From NCBI GenBank assembly GCA_902615445.1, contig CACMOQ010000001.1, positions 86,025-150,024 on the forward strand: a stretch of 64,000 nucleotides of DNA, written 5' to 3'. Both the position numbers and the translations under genes were made by a program. Source of the DNA: an uncultured Pelagibacteraceae bacterium (GTDB lineage Bacteria; Pseudomonadota; Alphaproteobacteria; Pelagibacterales; Pelagibacteraceae). Position 1 is the stretch's first letter; every line of letters starts with the position of its first letter. Positions 27,486 to 35,736 of the stretch are shown here, in pieces. A model generated the notes under the pieces. It was not told the DNA's origin and made no database searches. It saw only the letters and a program-made list of their open reading frames with translations.

Positions 27486-27613
27486 GTTTTTTTGCTAGAA
27501 CATCTTTTTGAGCAATACTTAACTCTTTCCCAATTTAACTTCCATTTTTTTCGCCAAGTAAAAGGTCTTTTACAAATAATGCAGATTTTAAAGGGAAGAC
27601 TCTCTTTTTTCAC
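27482..27613 (-). CDS. DUF2256-like zinc-ribbon protein (43 aa), unlisted in the ORF track
   Basis: My translation is (GTG)[43 protein letters not shown], with CxxC...CxxxC. The GTG shares 1 nt with the photolyase-like stop (TAGTG), and the stop overlaps the next ATG (ATGA). Confidence 0.6.
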   Translation of the reverse strand: MKKESLPFKICIICKRPFTWRKKWKLNWERVKYCSKRCSSKKT

Positions 27614-29103
27614 TAAAGTGTGTTTTGTTTAATAAATTTTTCTGCAGCAGGAAGAATTAATTTTTTTCTATCATTTTTCATTTTATCGAAAATTTTTACC
27701 ATCATGGATAACCTTGGGTTTTTCAAAAAAAATTTTCTATTTCTATCAATAAATCTCCAATACAAACCGTCCATTATATTACACCAATCACCTTTTTTAA
27801 AATCCATCATTTTCATAAAGTAACTTGATCCACAAATATATGGTTTCGTGGCAAATATTCCTCCATCACTAAATAATCCCATGCCATAGACATTAGGTAC
27901 CATTACCCAATCTGAGGAGTCTACAAACATTTCCATAAACCATTTATAAACAATGGTAGGTTTTATTTCACAAAGGTTCATGATGTTTGATAAGATCATT
28001 AATCTTTCAATGTGATGAGACCATCCATGATTTAAAGCATTTTTGATTGCATAATCTAGTGGAGGTAAACCAGTCGTGCCCTCGTACCATGACTTTTTCA
28101 TTTTACGATTTTGTTTAAAAAAGTTTCTGGTTTCCATTTCATTTGAATAGCTTTGATAAATTCCTCTCATAAATTCTCTCCATCCTATAACCTGACGCAC
28201 ATAACCTTCTAAAGAATTTAATCTGATTTTTTTAGTCTTATGAAAATCTAAAACTTTTTTGATAATAAATTCAGGAGTGATTAAACCTAAATTAATATAA
28301 GGACTTAAAGCACTGTGGAATAAAATATTATCTTTTTGATCAACTGCGTCCTCATAATCACCGAATAAATTTGATTTTTCTTTAATAAAAAAATTTAATA
28401 ATCTGACCACGTCATTATATTCTGTAGCAAGCCAAAAGTTTTTGGTTGTTCCTGGATGATCTTTGAATAATTTTTCAATAATAGGTTTTAATTTTTTAGT
28501 GTGATTAGTCTCATTAATTTTTGGAAACTTTGGAATAGAAATATTTTTTGGTAACTTATTTCTATTATCCTCATCAAAACTCCATTTACCTCCTATAGGA
28601 TTTCCATCAGAACCCATTAATATTCCAGATTTTTTTCTGACTTCCTTGTAAAAAGTTGCCATGAATGGTTTTTTTGATTTTGAAAGATATTGTTTGAAAT
28701 CATCTCTTGAGTTTAAAAACATTGGAGTTTGAACAATATTCCATTTAATTTTTTCTTTTTTAGTGAACTGATCAATTTTTTTTTCAAAAAATTTGTCCTC
28801 AACTTCAAAACTGGAGATCTCTTTTATTTTTTTTGAATTAATTGTTTTTTTTAATTTCTTCAAATAATCGTCTTTAAATTCTTTGTCCTCAATTTTAAAA
28901 TACTCTAATTTAAACTTATCTTTTTTAAGAGTTTCAGCATGTGAACGCATTGACGATAAAAAGAGAAGGATTTTATTCTTGTGATGTTTTTCATAAGTGC
29001 ATAATTGGTAATCCTCTGCCATAAAAAAAAGGTGGTCTTTTTTGAAGCGGTCCAAGTATTTTGGTGGAAATAATTGATTGCCAAGTATAAAAAATAACTT
29101 CAT
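27613..29103 (-). CDS. cryptochrome/photolyase family protein, CryPro / FeS-BCP [(6-4) PhrB/CryB]-like (COG3046 type)
   Basis: 496 aa. The N-terminus [12 protein letters not shown] and the blocks [36 protein letters not shown] and VPNVYGM are typical of the COG3046 photolyase-related family. Confidence 0.8.
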   Translation of the reverse strand: MKLFFILGNQLFPPKYLDRFKKDHLFFMAEDYQLCTYEKHHKNKILLFLSSMRSHAETLKKDKFKLEYFKIEDKEFKDDYLKKLKKTINSKKIKEISSFEVEDKFFEKKIDQFTKKEKIKWNIVQTPMFLNSRDDFKQYLSKSKKPFMATFYKEVRKKSGILMGSDGNPIGGKWSFDEDNRNKLPKNISIPKFPKINETNHTKKLKPIIEKLFKDHPGTTKNFWLATEYNDVVRLLNFFIKEKSNLFGDYEDAVDQKDNILFHSALSPYINLGLITPEFIIKKVLDFHKTKKIRLNSLEGYVRQVIGWREFMRGIYQSYSNEMETRNFFKQNRKMKKSWYEGTTGLPPLDYAIKNALNHGWSHHIERLMILSNIMNLCEIKPTIVYKWFMEMFVDSSDWVMVPNVYGMGLFSDGGIFATKPYICGSSYFMKMMDFKKGDWCNIMDGLYWRFIDRNRKFFLKNPRLSMMVKIFDKMKNDRKKLILPAAEKFIKQNTL

Positions 29104-29130
29104 ATTTAAATATAACTAATAAAAATTTTT

Positions 29131-29841
29131 ATGTCAGAAAAATATCTAATTTTTGGTGCGACAGGTTCCATCGGTTCTAGTTTAGCTGAACAATTAGTAA
29201 ATTCAGGAAATCCAATTCATTTAGTAGGTAGAAATGAAAATGAAACAAAAAATATTTCCGAAAAATTAGGTTGTACATTTACAATAGCTAATGTTTTGAG
29301 AGATGGATTTCTAGATAAGGTCAAAAATGATATTTCTGAAGTAAAAGGTATTGCTTATTGTGTGGGATCAATTGATCTAAAACCATTAAGAATGGTAAAT
29401 GAGCAAGATTTTAACAAATGTATGAAATTAAATTTATATTCAGCTGTAGAAGTTATAAAAGAATACCAGGACAGTTTAAAAAAAAACAGAGGTTCAATTG
29501 TTTTATTTTCCACAGTTGCTGCTCAAAGAGGTTTTACAAATCATGCAATAATTGCATCTACAAAAGCTGCTGTTGAGGGTTTGACAGTTTCTTTAGCTGC
29601 AGAATTTGCTCCAAACATAAGAGTAAACTGCATAGCACCAAGTTTAACCAATTCTAAAATCGCAGAACCAATGTTAAAGAACAAGGCTTTAGCAGATGGA
29701 ATTGCAAAAGCTCATCCATTAAAAAGATTGGGTGAAGGAAAGGACTCGGCCTCTTTAGCTAAATTTCTTATTACAGATGATAGCTCGTGGGTGACAGGTC
29801 AAATTATAGCGGTTGATGGTGGAAGATCAAAGCTCTCGTAA
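29131..29841 (+). CDS. atypical short-chain dehydrogenase/reductase-fold protein (catalytic Tyr replaced)
   Basis: 236 aa with the GATGSIG dinucleotide motif. The region that aligns to YxxxK reads I-A-S-T-K (codon 29551-29553 = Ile). It is divergent from the photolyase-like gene across only 27 nt. Confidence 0.8.
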   Translation: MSEKYLIFGATGSIGSSLAEQLVNSGNPIHLVGRNENETKNISEKLGCTFTIANVLRDGFLDKVKNDISEVKGIAYCVGSIDLKPLRMVNEQDFNKCMKLNLYSAVEVIKEYQDSLKKNRGSIVLFSTVAAQRGFTNHAIIASTKAAVEGLTVSLAAEFAPNIRVNCIAPSLTNSKIAEPMLKNKALADGIAKAHPLKRLGEGKDSASLAKFLITDDSSWVTGQIIAVDGGRSKLS

Positions 29842-29842
29842 A

Positions 29843-30910
29843 GTGAGAAAGTTTATTTTTTCAGTATCTTTATTCTTACTCTTAACAAACCTTTCATTTG
29901 CAAAAAATTTTGATTTAAAAAAAATTGCCAATTTAAATGATCCTTGGGGCTCATCATTTATTAATAATGAAGAGATTATTATAACTGAAAAAAGTGGGAA
30001 AATAAAAATCGTAAATATAGTTTCACAACAAGTTTCTGAAATAAAGCACAATCTTAATTTTTTAGAACACGGCCAAGGTGGAATACTAGATATTCTTTTT
30101 AAAAATGATTTTATTTATGTATCTTACACAGAAAATAGAGGTAATGGCAAAACCAGCACCTCTATTGCAAAAACAAAATTTTCCAAAAAAAAATTAAAAT
30201 TTAAAAATATTTTTCAAGCTAATCCTCCTATTAATTCTGGTTATCACTTTGGATCAAGATTAGTTATTAAAGATAACTATCTTTTTGCATCTGCCGGTGA
30301 AAGAGGCAAGGGTATGATCGCGCAAGATCCAACAAAACATCCAGGTAGCATTATAAGAATAAATCTAGATGGAAGTATTCCAAAGGACAATCCTAGATTT
30401 AAAGGGAGATCCGACTGGCTTCCAGAGATATATCAAATTGGAGTAAGAAATCCTCAAGGTTTAGCTTTATCTCCATTTGATAGAAAAATTTACATGAGTA
30501 ATCACGGAGCAAAGGGTGGCGATTGGTTTGGTGAGGTTAAAGAGGGTGAAAATTATGGTTGGAAAATTTTAGGATGGGGAGGAAAAAATTACTCTGGTCT
30601 GCCAATAGGACCTAAATGGAAACCAGGCTTTACAAAAGCAATCCAATATTGGGTACCTTCAATTGCAACAAGTGCAATTACAATTTATGAAGGAAATGAA
30701 TTTAATGAGTGGAATGGTCATGCTTTAATTACATCATTAAAAGATCAATCCTTAAGAAAACTAATCTTCAATGATTTGTCCAATATAAAAGAAGATATAA
30801 TTTTTAAAGATGAAATTGGACGAATTAGAGATATACAAGTTCATCCAAAAGATGGAAAAATTTACTTTTTGGCGGGTGATAACCTTTGGCTGATGGAGAA
30901 GGCTAAATAA
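29843..30910 (+). CDS. PQQ-dependent soluble sugar (glucose/sorbosone) dehydrogenase-like beta-propeller
   Basis: It has a signal peptide (RKFIFSVSLFLLLTNLSFA) and the motifs HFGSRLV, GVRNPQGLA and GENYGWKILGWG. I prefer the GTG at 29843, just after the SDR stop. The ORF-track ATG at 29813 is the alternative. Confidence 0.7.
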   Translation: MRKFIFSVSLFLLLTNLSFAKNFDLKKIANLNDPWGSSFINNEEIIITEKSGKIKIVNIVSQQVSEIKHNLNFLEHGQGGILDILFKNDFIYVSYTENRGNGKTSTSIAKTKFSKKKLKFKNIFQANPPINSGYHFGSRLVIKDNYLFASAGERGKGMIAQDPTKHPGSIIRINLDGSIPKDNPRFKGRSDWLPEIYQIGVRNPQGLALSPFDRKIYMSNHGAKGGDWFGEVKEGENYGWKILGWGGKNYSGLPIGPKWKPGFTKAIQYWVPSIATSAITIYEGNEFNEWNGHALITSLKDQSLRKLIFNDLSNIKEDIIFKDEIGRIRDIQVHPKDGKIYFLAGDNLWLMEKAK

Positions 30911-30920
30911 ATCTTAGTGA

Positions 30921-33458
30921 TTATTGATTTCTAATAAGTGGATAAACCTTTGGATTTAAATATTTGATATTAGTTAACAATATTAACACCAACGTTACTA
31001 AACCAATAGATAAACCAAGATAAATCAAAACTTTAAGATCGAACTCCCAGAATAACTCAAATATATTTTCTATAATAAATTTTGAACCAACTACAGCGAA
31101 CAAAACTGCAATCATTATTACAGATATAAAAATAATCATAAATTCAATCAGCGAAGAAAAAATAATCTCTTTTCTTGAAAAACCTAAAATTTTAAAAACC
31201 AAATTTTGGTATTCTCTTACTTTTCCTTGGACCATTATTGCACTTGATATTACAATTAAACCAATGACGATGGTGACAGTTGAAATTACAATAACTGCTA
31301 TGAAAACTTTATTTAAAACATTTGTTACTTTGTTTAAATAATCAGCAATTTTAATCATTGATAAACTAGGTAAAATTTCAAGCATTTTTGTTTCATCAAA
31401 TTTATTTAAATTATAGAACTTTGTGGTCGCTAAATATTCGTGAGGAATATTTTTTGCAAAGTCAGGATTAAACAGCATAGCAAAATTTATATTAAGATCT
31501 CTATAATCAACTTGTCTAAAGTTGACTATTTCACCATCAATTTCTCTACCATAGATATTTAAAGTAAATATATCCCCTAATTTAATGTTAAAATCTTTTG
31601 CAACCTTAGCGTCTAATGATATCTGAAGTTGGTTAGGTTTAGACAAATCCCACCATTTACCATCAATAATTAGATTATCGTCAGGAACTTCTATTGTCCA
31701 AGATGATCTCCGTTCACTACCTATAACCCAATAACTATCATTTTCAGGTGTAATATATGTGTTTGGATTTATACCATTAATCTTCACTATTCCTGAAGAG
31801 ACCATTGGCACAATTTCAATATTAGCAGCAGGATCCATTGATAAAATTCTTTGTTCAAACTTTTCACGCTCTCCATTTTGAATACCCACAAAAAAATAAT
31901 CAGGAGCGATGTCGGGTATTGATTTTGCTATTTCTCTTTTAAAGTTAGTTCCAACTAATGCCAAAGTCAAAAGTAATGTAACACCTAAGCCTAAAGACAT
32001 AATTGTTATAGGTGTGATACTTTTTGATTGTGTAATATTTTTAATAGATACTTTTAAAGTAGTGCTCAAATTAAATCTAAACTTTTTTAATGAAAATATG
32101 ATCAATTTTGAAAGTAGAAAAAATATAATCAAACAAATAAAAAATGCCCCAAAATACCCAAGACTATAAGTAAGATTTTCTGATCTATATGTAAATATTA
32201 AAATCAAAATTGATAACATGAAAATACTCATAAAAATTAATTTCTTTGAATAATAAAATTGTAAATTTTGGAAAACATTTCTAAATAGACTTGAGGCTTT
32301 GACTTGATCAATAGAACTAATTGTAGGAATTGAAAAAATTATCAAAACTAACAAACCTATTAAAAATATTTTAAAAAAATTAAAAAAAGAAAAAAATAAA
32401 TTTATCTTAAGTCCAAAGCTACTTGACAAATATTTGTCTGCTAATGGCACAATTAGTAAACTACTGAAATACGCCAAAATAGTAATTATAAATAATAATA
32501 TTACTAATTGAAGATAATAAAGTTTTTTAATATTGCCAGAATAGAAACCTAAAGCCTTTCTTACTGCTATAGACAAGTTATTTTGATTTATAAAAGACAG
32601 AAGAGTATTAGCAATTCCAATACCAGCAATTAGCATCGCACTTATTGAGACAAGGGATAAAAATTGTGAAAAGTTACCAATTACTCTTTTTAATCCACTT
32701 GCTGCATTTTCTGGATATCTAATTTTTACCTTTTGATCGTCTTTAAAAATACTTTCGATTTTTTTTATAATCATTTCTGGGTCATCATTATTATTAAATT
32801 TTACCTTGTATTCGTAATTTAAAAAATTTCCTATTCCATTAAGTTTTAAGATAGCCAAAGTTTGTTTACCTGTTAAAACCCAATCTCCAAAAGTCACAAA
32901 TCCACTTACATCTGGAACAGATCTTACCTTACCAATAACAAGAAATTCTTGATCTTGAATTTTTACAATTTCATTTGTCTTGATATTTAAGGTTTTTGAT
33001 AAACTTTCATTAATTAAAATTGTATAAGGTTCATTTTGCATTCTTTCATAAGCATCAGCAGGTTCATAAGTTATCTCACCATATAAAGGATATTTTTGAT
33101 CAACAGTTTTTATTCTAGTGAATAAAGATTTATTTTTCTTTCGATTTGATGTTGAGAGCATTGTGCTAAATTCAACTATCTCTGATATAATTGTAAACTC
33201 TTCAACTTTATTTAATAAATCTATATTTCCTTGATTTCTATTATAATCAATTTCTAAGTCTCCACCTAAAAGCTCTTTGGCATTCTCTTTGAGTTCTTTT
33301 TTCAAACTATCCTCAATAGTAAATATTGCACTTAATATAAAAAGACTGATGAACAGGGTGATGATTATACTTGAGATTTTTTTATAGTTCCTTTTTAAAT
33401 CTCTCAGAGCATATATTAAGATAAACTTGTATTGATAAAATTTATTTAATTTTTCCAT
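30921..33458 (-). CDS. ybbP: ABC transporter permease, FtsX-like, duplicated (YbbP type)
   Basis: 845 aa with two FtsX-type 4-TM modules separated by large periplasmic loops. It overlaps the ATPase gene by 17 nt. The arrangement tesA<>ybbA-ybbP matches E. coli. Confidence 0.75.
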   Translation of the reverse strand: MEKLNKFYQYKFILIYALRDLKRNYKKISSIIITLFISLFILSAIFTIEDSLKKELKENAKELLGGDLEIDYNRNQGNIDLLNKVEEFTIISEIVEFSTMLSTSNRKKNKSLFTRIKTVDQKYPLYGEITYEPADAYERMQNEPYTILINESLSKTLNIKTNEIVKIQDQEFLVIGKVRSVPDVSGFVTFGDWVLTGKQTLAILKLNGIGNFLNYEYKVKFNNNDDPEMIIKKIESIFKDDQKVKIRYPENAASGLKRVIGNFSQFLSLVSISAMLIAGIGIANTLLSFINQNNLSIAVRKALGFYSGNIKKLYYLQLVILLFIITILAYFSSLLIVPLADKYLSSSFGLKINLFFSFFNFFKIFLIGLLVLIIFSIPTISSIDQVKASSLFRNVFQNLQFYYSKKLIFMSIFMLSILILIFTYRSENLTYSLGYFGAFFICLIIFFLLSKLIIFSLKKFRFNLSTTLKVSIKNITQSKSITPITIMSLGLGVTLLLTLALVGTNFKREIAKSIPDIAPDYFFVGIQNGEREKFEQRILSMDPAANIEIVPMVSSGIVKINGINPNTYITPENDSYWVIGSERRSSWTIEVPDDNLIIDGKWWDLSKPNQLQISLDAKVAKDFNIKLGDIFTLNIYGREIDGEIVNFRQVDYRDLNINFAMLFNPDFAKNIPHEYLATTKFYNLNKFDETKMLEILPSLSMIKIADYLNKVTNVLNKVFIAVIVISTVTIVIGLIVISSAIMVQGKVREYQNLVFKILGFSRKEIIFSSLIEFMIIFISVIMIAVLFAVVGSKFIIENIFELFWEFDLKVLIYLGLSIGLVTLVLILLTNIKYLNPKVYPLIRNQ

Positions 33459-34107
33459 CTATAATTTTAATTTTTCTGCTTGCGCGGTTAGCAAGTTTTG
33501 GGTCGTGTGTTACCATAATTAATGAGGAACCTTCCTCTTTAACATACCTAAATAAAATTTTAGAAATCATATCGGAATTTTCTGTATCTAAATTTCCTGT
33601 AGGTTCATCAGCTAGAATTAGCTCTGGCTTCATAGCAATAGCTCTCGCGATAGCGACACGTTGTTGTTCTCCTCCAGATAACTGGCTGGGTAGATTGTTT
33701 AGTCGATGTTTTAAGCCAAATCTATCTAAAAGAGATTTTGCTTCTTTCTCAGGATTTTTGAATTTATTTAATTCAAGAATTAAGGTTACATTTTCTAGGG
33801 CTGTATAATTGGGGATTAAATAAAAAGACTGAAAAATTATACCAATATTTTTTTTTCTGATTTTTGATACTTCGTCTTCACCCAATTTTGTAATTTCGTT
33901 GTCTAGAAAGTATATCTTGCCTGAAGTTGGACGCTCTAAACCACCAATTAACATTATTAAACTTGTTTTTCCTGAACCGCTTTCACCTACTATTGAAATA
34001 GTTTCTTTTTTTTTTGTGGTCAAATTTATATCTTTCAAAACGCTAATATTATCTTTACCAGTTTGGTATTTAAGATTTATTTTTTTTAATTTAAGAAGAG
34101 TACTCAT
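33442..34107 (-). CDS. ybbA: ABC transporter ATP-binding protein (YbbA/LolD-like)
   Basis: Walker A GESGSGKTS, signature LSGGEQQRV and Walker B LILADEPT. I start it at the internal Met (MSTLLKLKK...), with the ATG at 34107. Confidence 0.9.
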   Translation of the reverse strand: MSTLLKLKKINLKYQTGKDNISVLKDINLTTKKKETISIVGESGSGKTSLIMLIGGLERPTSGKIYFLDNEITKLGEDEVSKIRKKNIGIIFQSFYLIPNYTALENVTLILELNKFKNPEKEAKSLLDRFGLKHRLNNLPSQLSGGEQQRVAIARAIAMKPELILADEPTGNLDTENSDMISKILFRYVKEEGSSLIMVTHDPKLANRASRKIKIIDGKIK

Positions 34108-34726
34108 GAACAAAAGTTTTATTATTAAAATAATTATTATCTGTCTACTAACCATTAATGCATATGCAATCGAAAAGATTGTATTATTTGGTGATAGTTT
34201 AATGGCTGGTTATGGTGTGTCTGATGCCGATAGTTTACCAGTCGTTTTAGAAGATAATTTAGAAGCAAAGGGTTATAATATTGAGATTGTTGATGGCAGT
34301 GTTTCTGGTAGCACATCTTCAGGTGGTTTAAATAGAGCTGATTGGACTTTAGCTGAGCCAGATATAGATCTAATAATTTTATGCTTAGGCGCCAATGATA
34401 TGTTAAGAGGGATCGAGCCAAAAGAAACTAAAAGCAATTTAGAAAAAATCATAAAAATTGCTCAAGATAAAAATATTGAAATTATTCTAGCTGGAATGAT
34501 TGCTCCAACCTCACATGGTTTTACCTATAAAAAAAAGTTTGACAAAATTTTTCCTGATTTAGCAAAAAAATTTAAAATTGAGCTTATTCCTTTTTTATTA
34601 GAGGGAGTAGCCATGAAACCTGAATTCAATCTTAGTGATGGAATACATCCAAACGAGAAGGGGACAATAATAATTAGTAGAACCTTAGAAGAGATAATCA
34701 TAAAAACTCAAAATAAAAAAAATTAG
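34106..34726 (+). CDS. tesA: SGNH/GDSL arylesterase / lysophospholipase-thioesterase (TesA-like), secreted
   Basis: It has a signal peptide and the blocks I-V: LFGDSLMAGYG, GSVSGSTS, LGANDMLRG and DGIHPN. I start it at the ATG at 34106 (MNKSFIIK...). The upstream part of the ORF-track frame is antisense to ybbA. Confidence 0.85.
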   Translation: MNKSFIIKIIIICLLTINAYAIEKIVLFGDSLMAGYGVSDADSLPVVLEDNLEAKGYNIEIVDGSVSGSTSSGGLNRADWTLAEPDIDLIILCLGANDMLRGIEPKETKSNLEKIIKIAQDKNIEIILAGMIAPTSHGFTYKKKFDKIFPDLAKKFKIELIPFLLEGVAMKPEFNLSDGIHPNEKGTIIISRTLEEIIIKTQNKKN

Positions 34727-34731
34727 TCAAA

Positions 34732-35736
34732 ATGGAAAAAAAACCTTATCACCATTTAGTAGACGGTAGTTTCAGAAATCCTGAGGGTTCGCCAAAAGCT
34801 GATCCTAACATTAGATGGTCCTTCAAAATTTTTAATAAAGAAAAAAAGAAACTAGATATGACGGTTCCTAAAGAGCATGTAATTGAAAAAAAAAAAGTTT
34901 TATCAGATCTAAAGAAATATCAAGAAGATGATTATGTAGCTTGGATTGGGCATGCAACTTTTTTAATTAAACTCGGTCAAACTACAATAATCACAGACCC
35001 TGTGTTTTCTAAAAACGCTGGCCCACTTTTTTTTGGCCCAAAAAGATTTACAGAACCAGCACTTAAGCTAAATGAAATTCCTAAAACAGATGTTTTTTTA
35101 CTTACTCATAATCATTATGACCACCAGGATATGATGACGATAAGAAGATTTCCTTTTAAAAAAGTTAAAGTTTTACTTCCACTAAAACTTGGAAAGTATT
35201 TTAAAAAAAATGGTTATGAAGATGTAAATGAAATGGACTGGTATGATGAAATTAAAATAAACCAAAGTTTAAAAATTACTCTTTTACCAGCTGTTCATTG
35301 GTCAAAAAGAAGTCTTGCAGATACGAACAAAAGCTTATGGGGAAGTTTTTTGATTGAATATAAAGGTAAGAAATTATTATTTGGTTGTGATACAGGGGTT
35401 GGAAATATCTATAAAGACATAGGTAACAAATACGGTCCAATTGATCTTACATTTATTAATATTGGAGCATACAATTTTTTTCCAATTATGCCCTATAAAG
35501 ATAAATCTGTTTATCATACTAATCCTGAGGAAGCTTTAGAAGTTGCAAAAAATTTAAAGAGTAAAAAAGTAATTGGAATGCATTGGGGTACTTTTGTTTT
35601 ATCTTTAGAACCTATAATGGAACCACCGGTAAGATTTAAAGCTAGTGCAGAAAAATATGGCTTTAAAAAAGAAGATGCTATTATTTACAAAATAGGTGAG
35701 TTTGGGTCATTAAAGAAACTGCTTAATTGTAATTAA
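34732..35736 (+). CDS. metallo-beta-lactamase-fold hydrolase (NAPE-PLD-like)
   Basis: 334 aa with THNHYDHQD (HxHxDH zinc motif), CDTG and GMHWGTF. It lies 5 nt downstream of tesA. Confidence 0.75.
   Translation: MEKKPYHHLVDGSFRNPEGSPKADPNIRWSFKIFNKEKKKLDMTVPKEHVIEKKKVLSDLKKYQEDDYVAWIGHATFLIKLGQTTIITDPVFSKNAGPLFFGPKRFTEPALKLNEIPKTDVFLLTHNHYDHQDMMTIRRFPFKKVKVLLPLKLGKYFKKNGYEDVNEMDWYDEIKINQSLKITLLPAVHWSKRSLADTNKSLWGSFLIEYKGKKLLFGCDTGVGNIYKDIGNKYGPIDLTFINIGAYNFFPIMPYKDKSVYHTNPEEALEVAKNLKSKKVIGMHWGTFVLSLEPIMEPPVRFKASAEKYGFKKEDAIIYKIGEFGSLKKLLNCN

Noticed and set aside
29102-29113. 12-bp palindrome ATATTTAAATAT in the photolyase/SDR divergent spacer; similar AT-only palindromes elsewhere (for example ACAATTTATTAATTGT at about 22005-22020)
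   Set aside because: Pure A/T palindromes of this size are expected frequently by chance at this base composition. They are not sufficient evidence for operators or terminators.
33899-34155. N-terminal extensions of the tesA-like (33899 start) and ybbA-like (34155 start) ORFs in the track
   Set aside because: Each extension is antisense to the other gene's coding region and precedes a Met that gives a proper signal peptide (tesA) or the normal ABC N-terminus (ybbA). The shorter starts at 34106 and 34107 are preferred.
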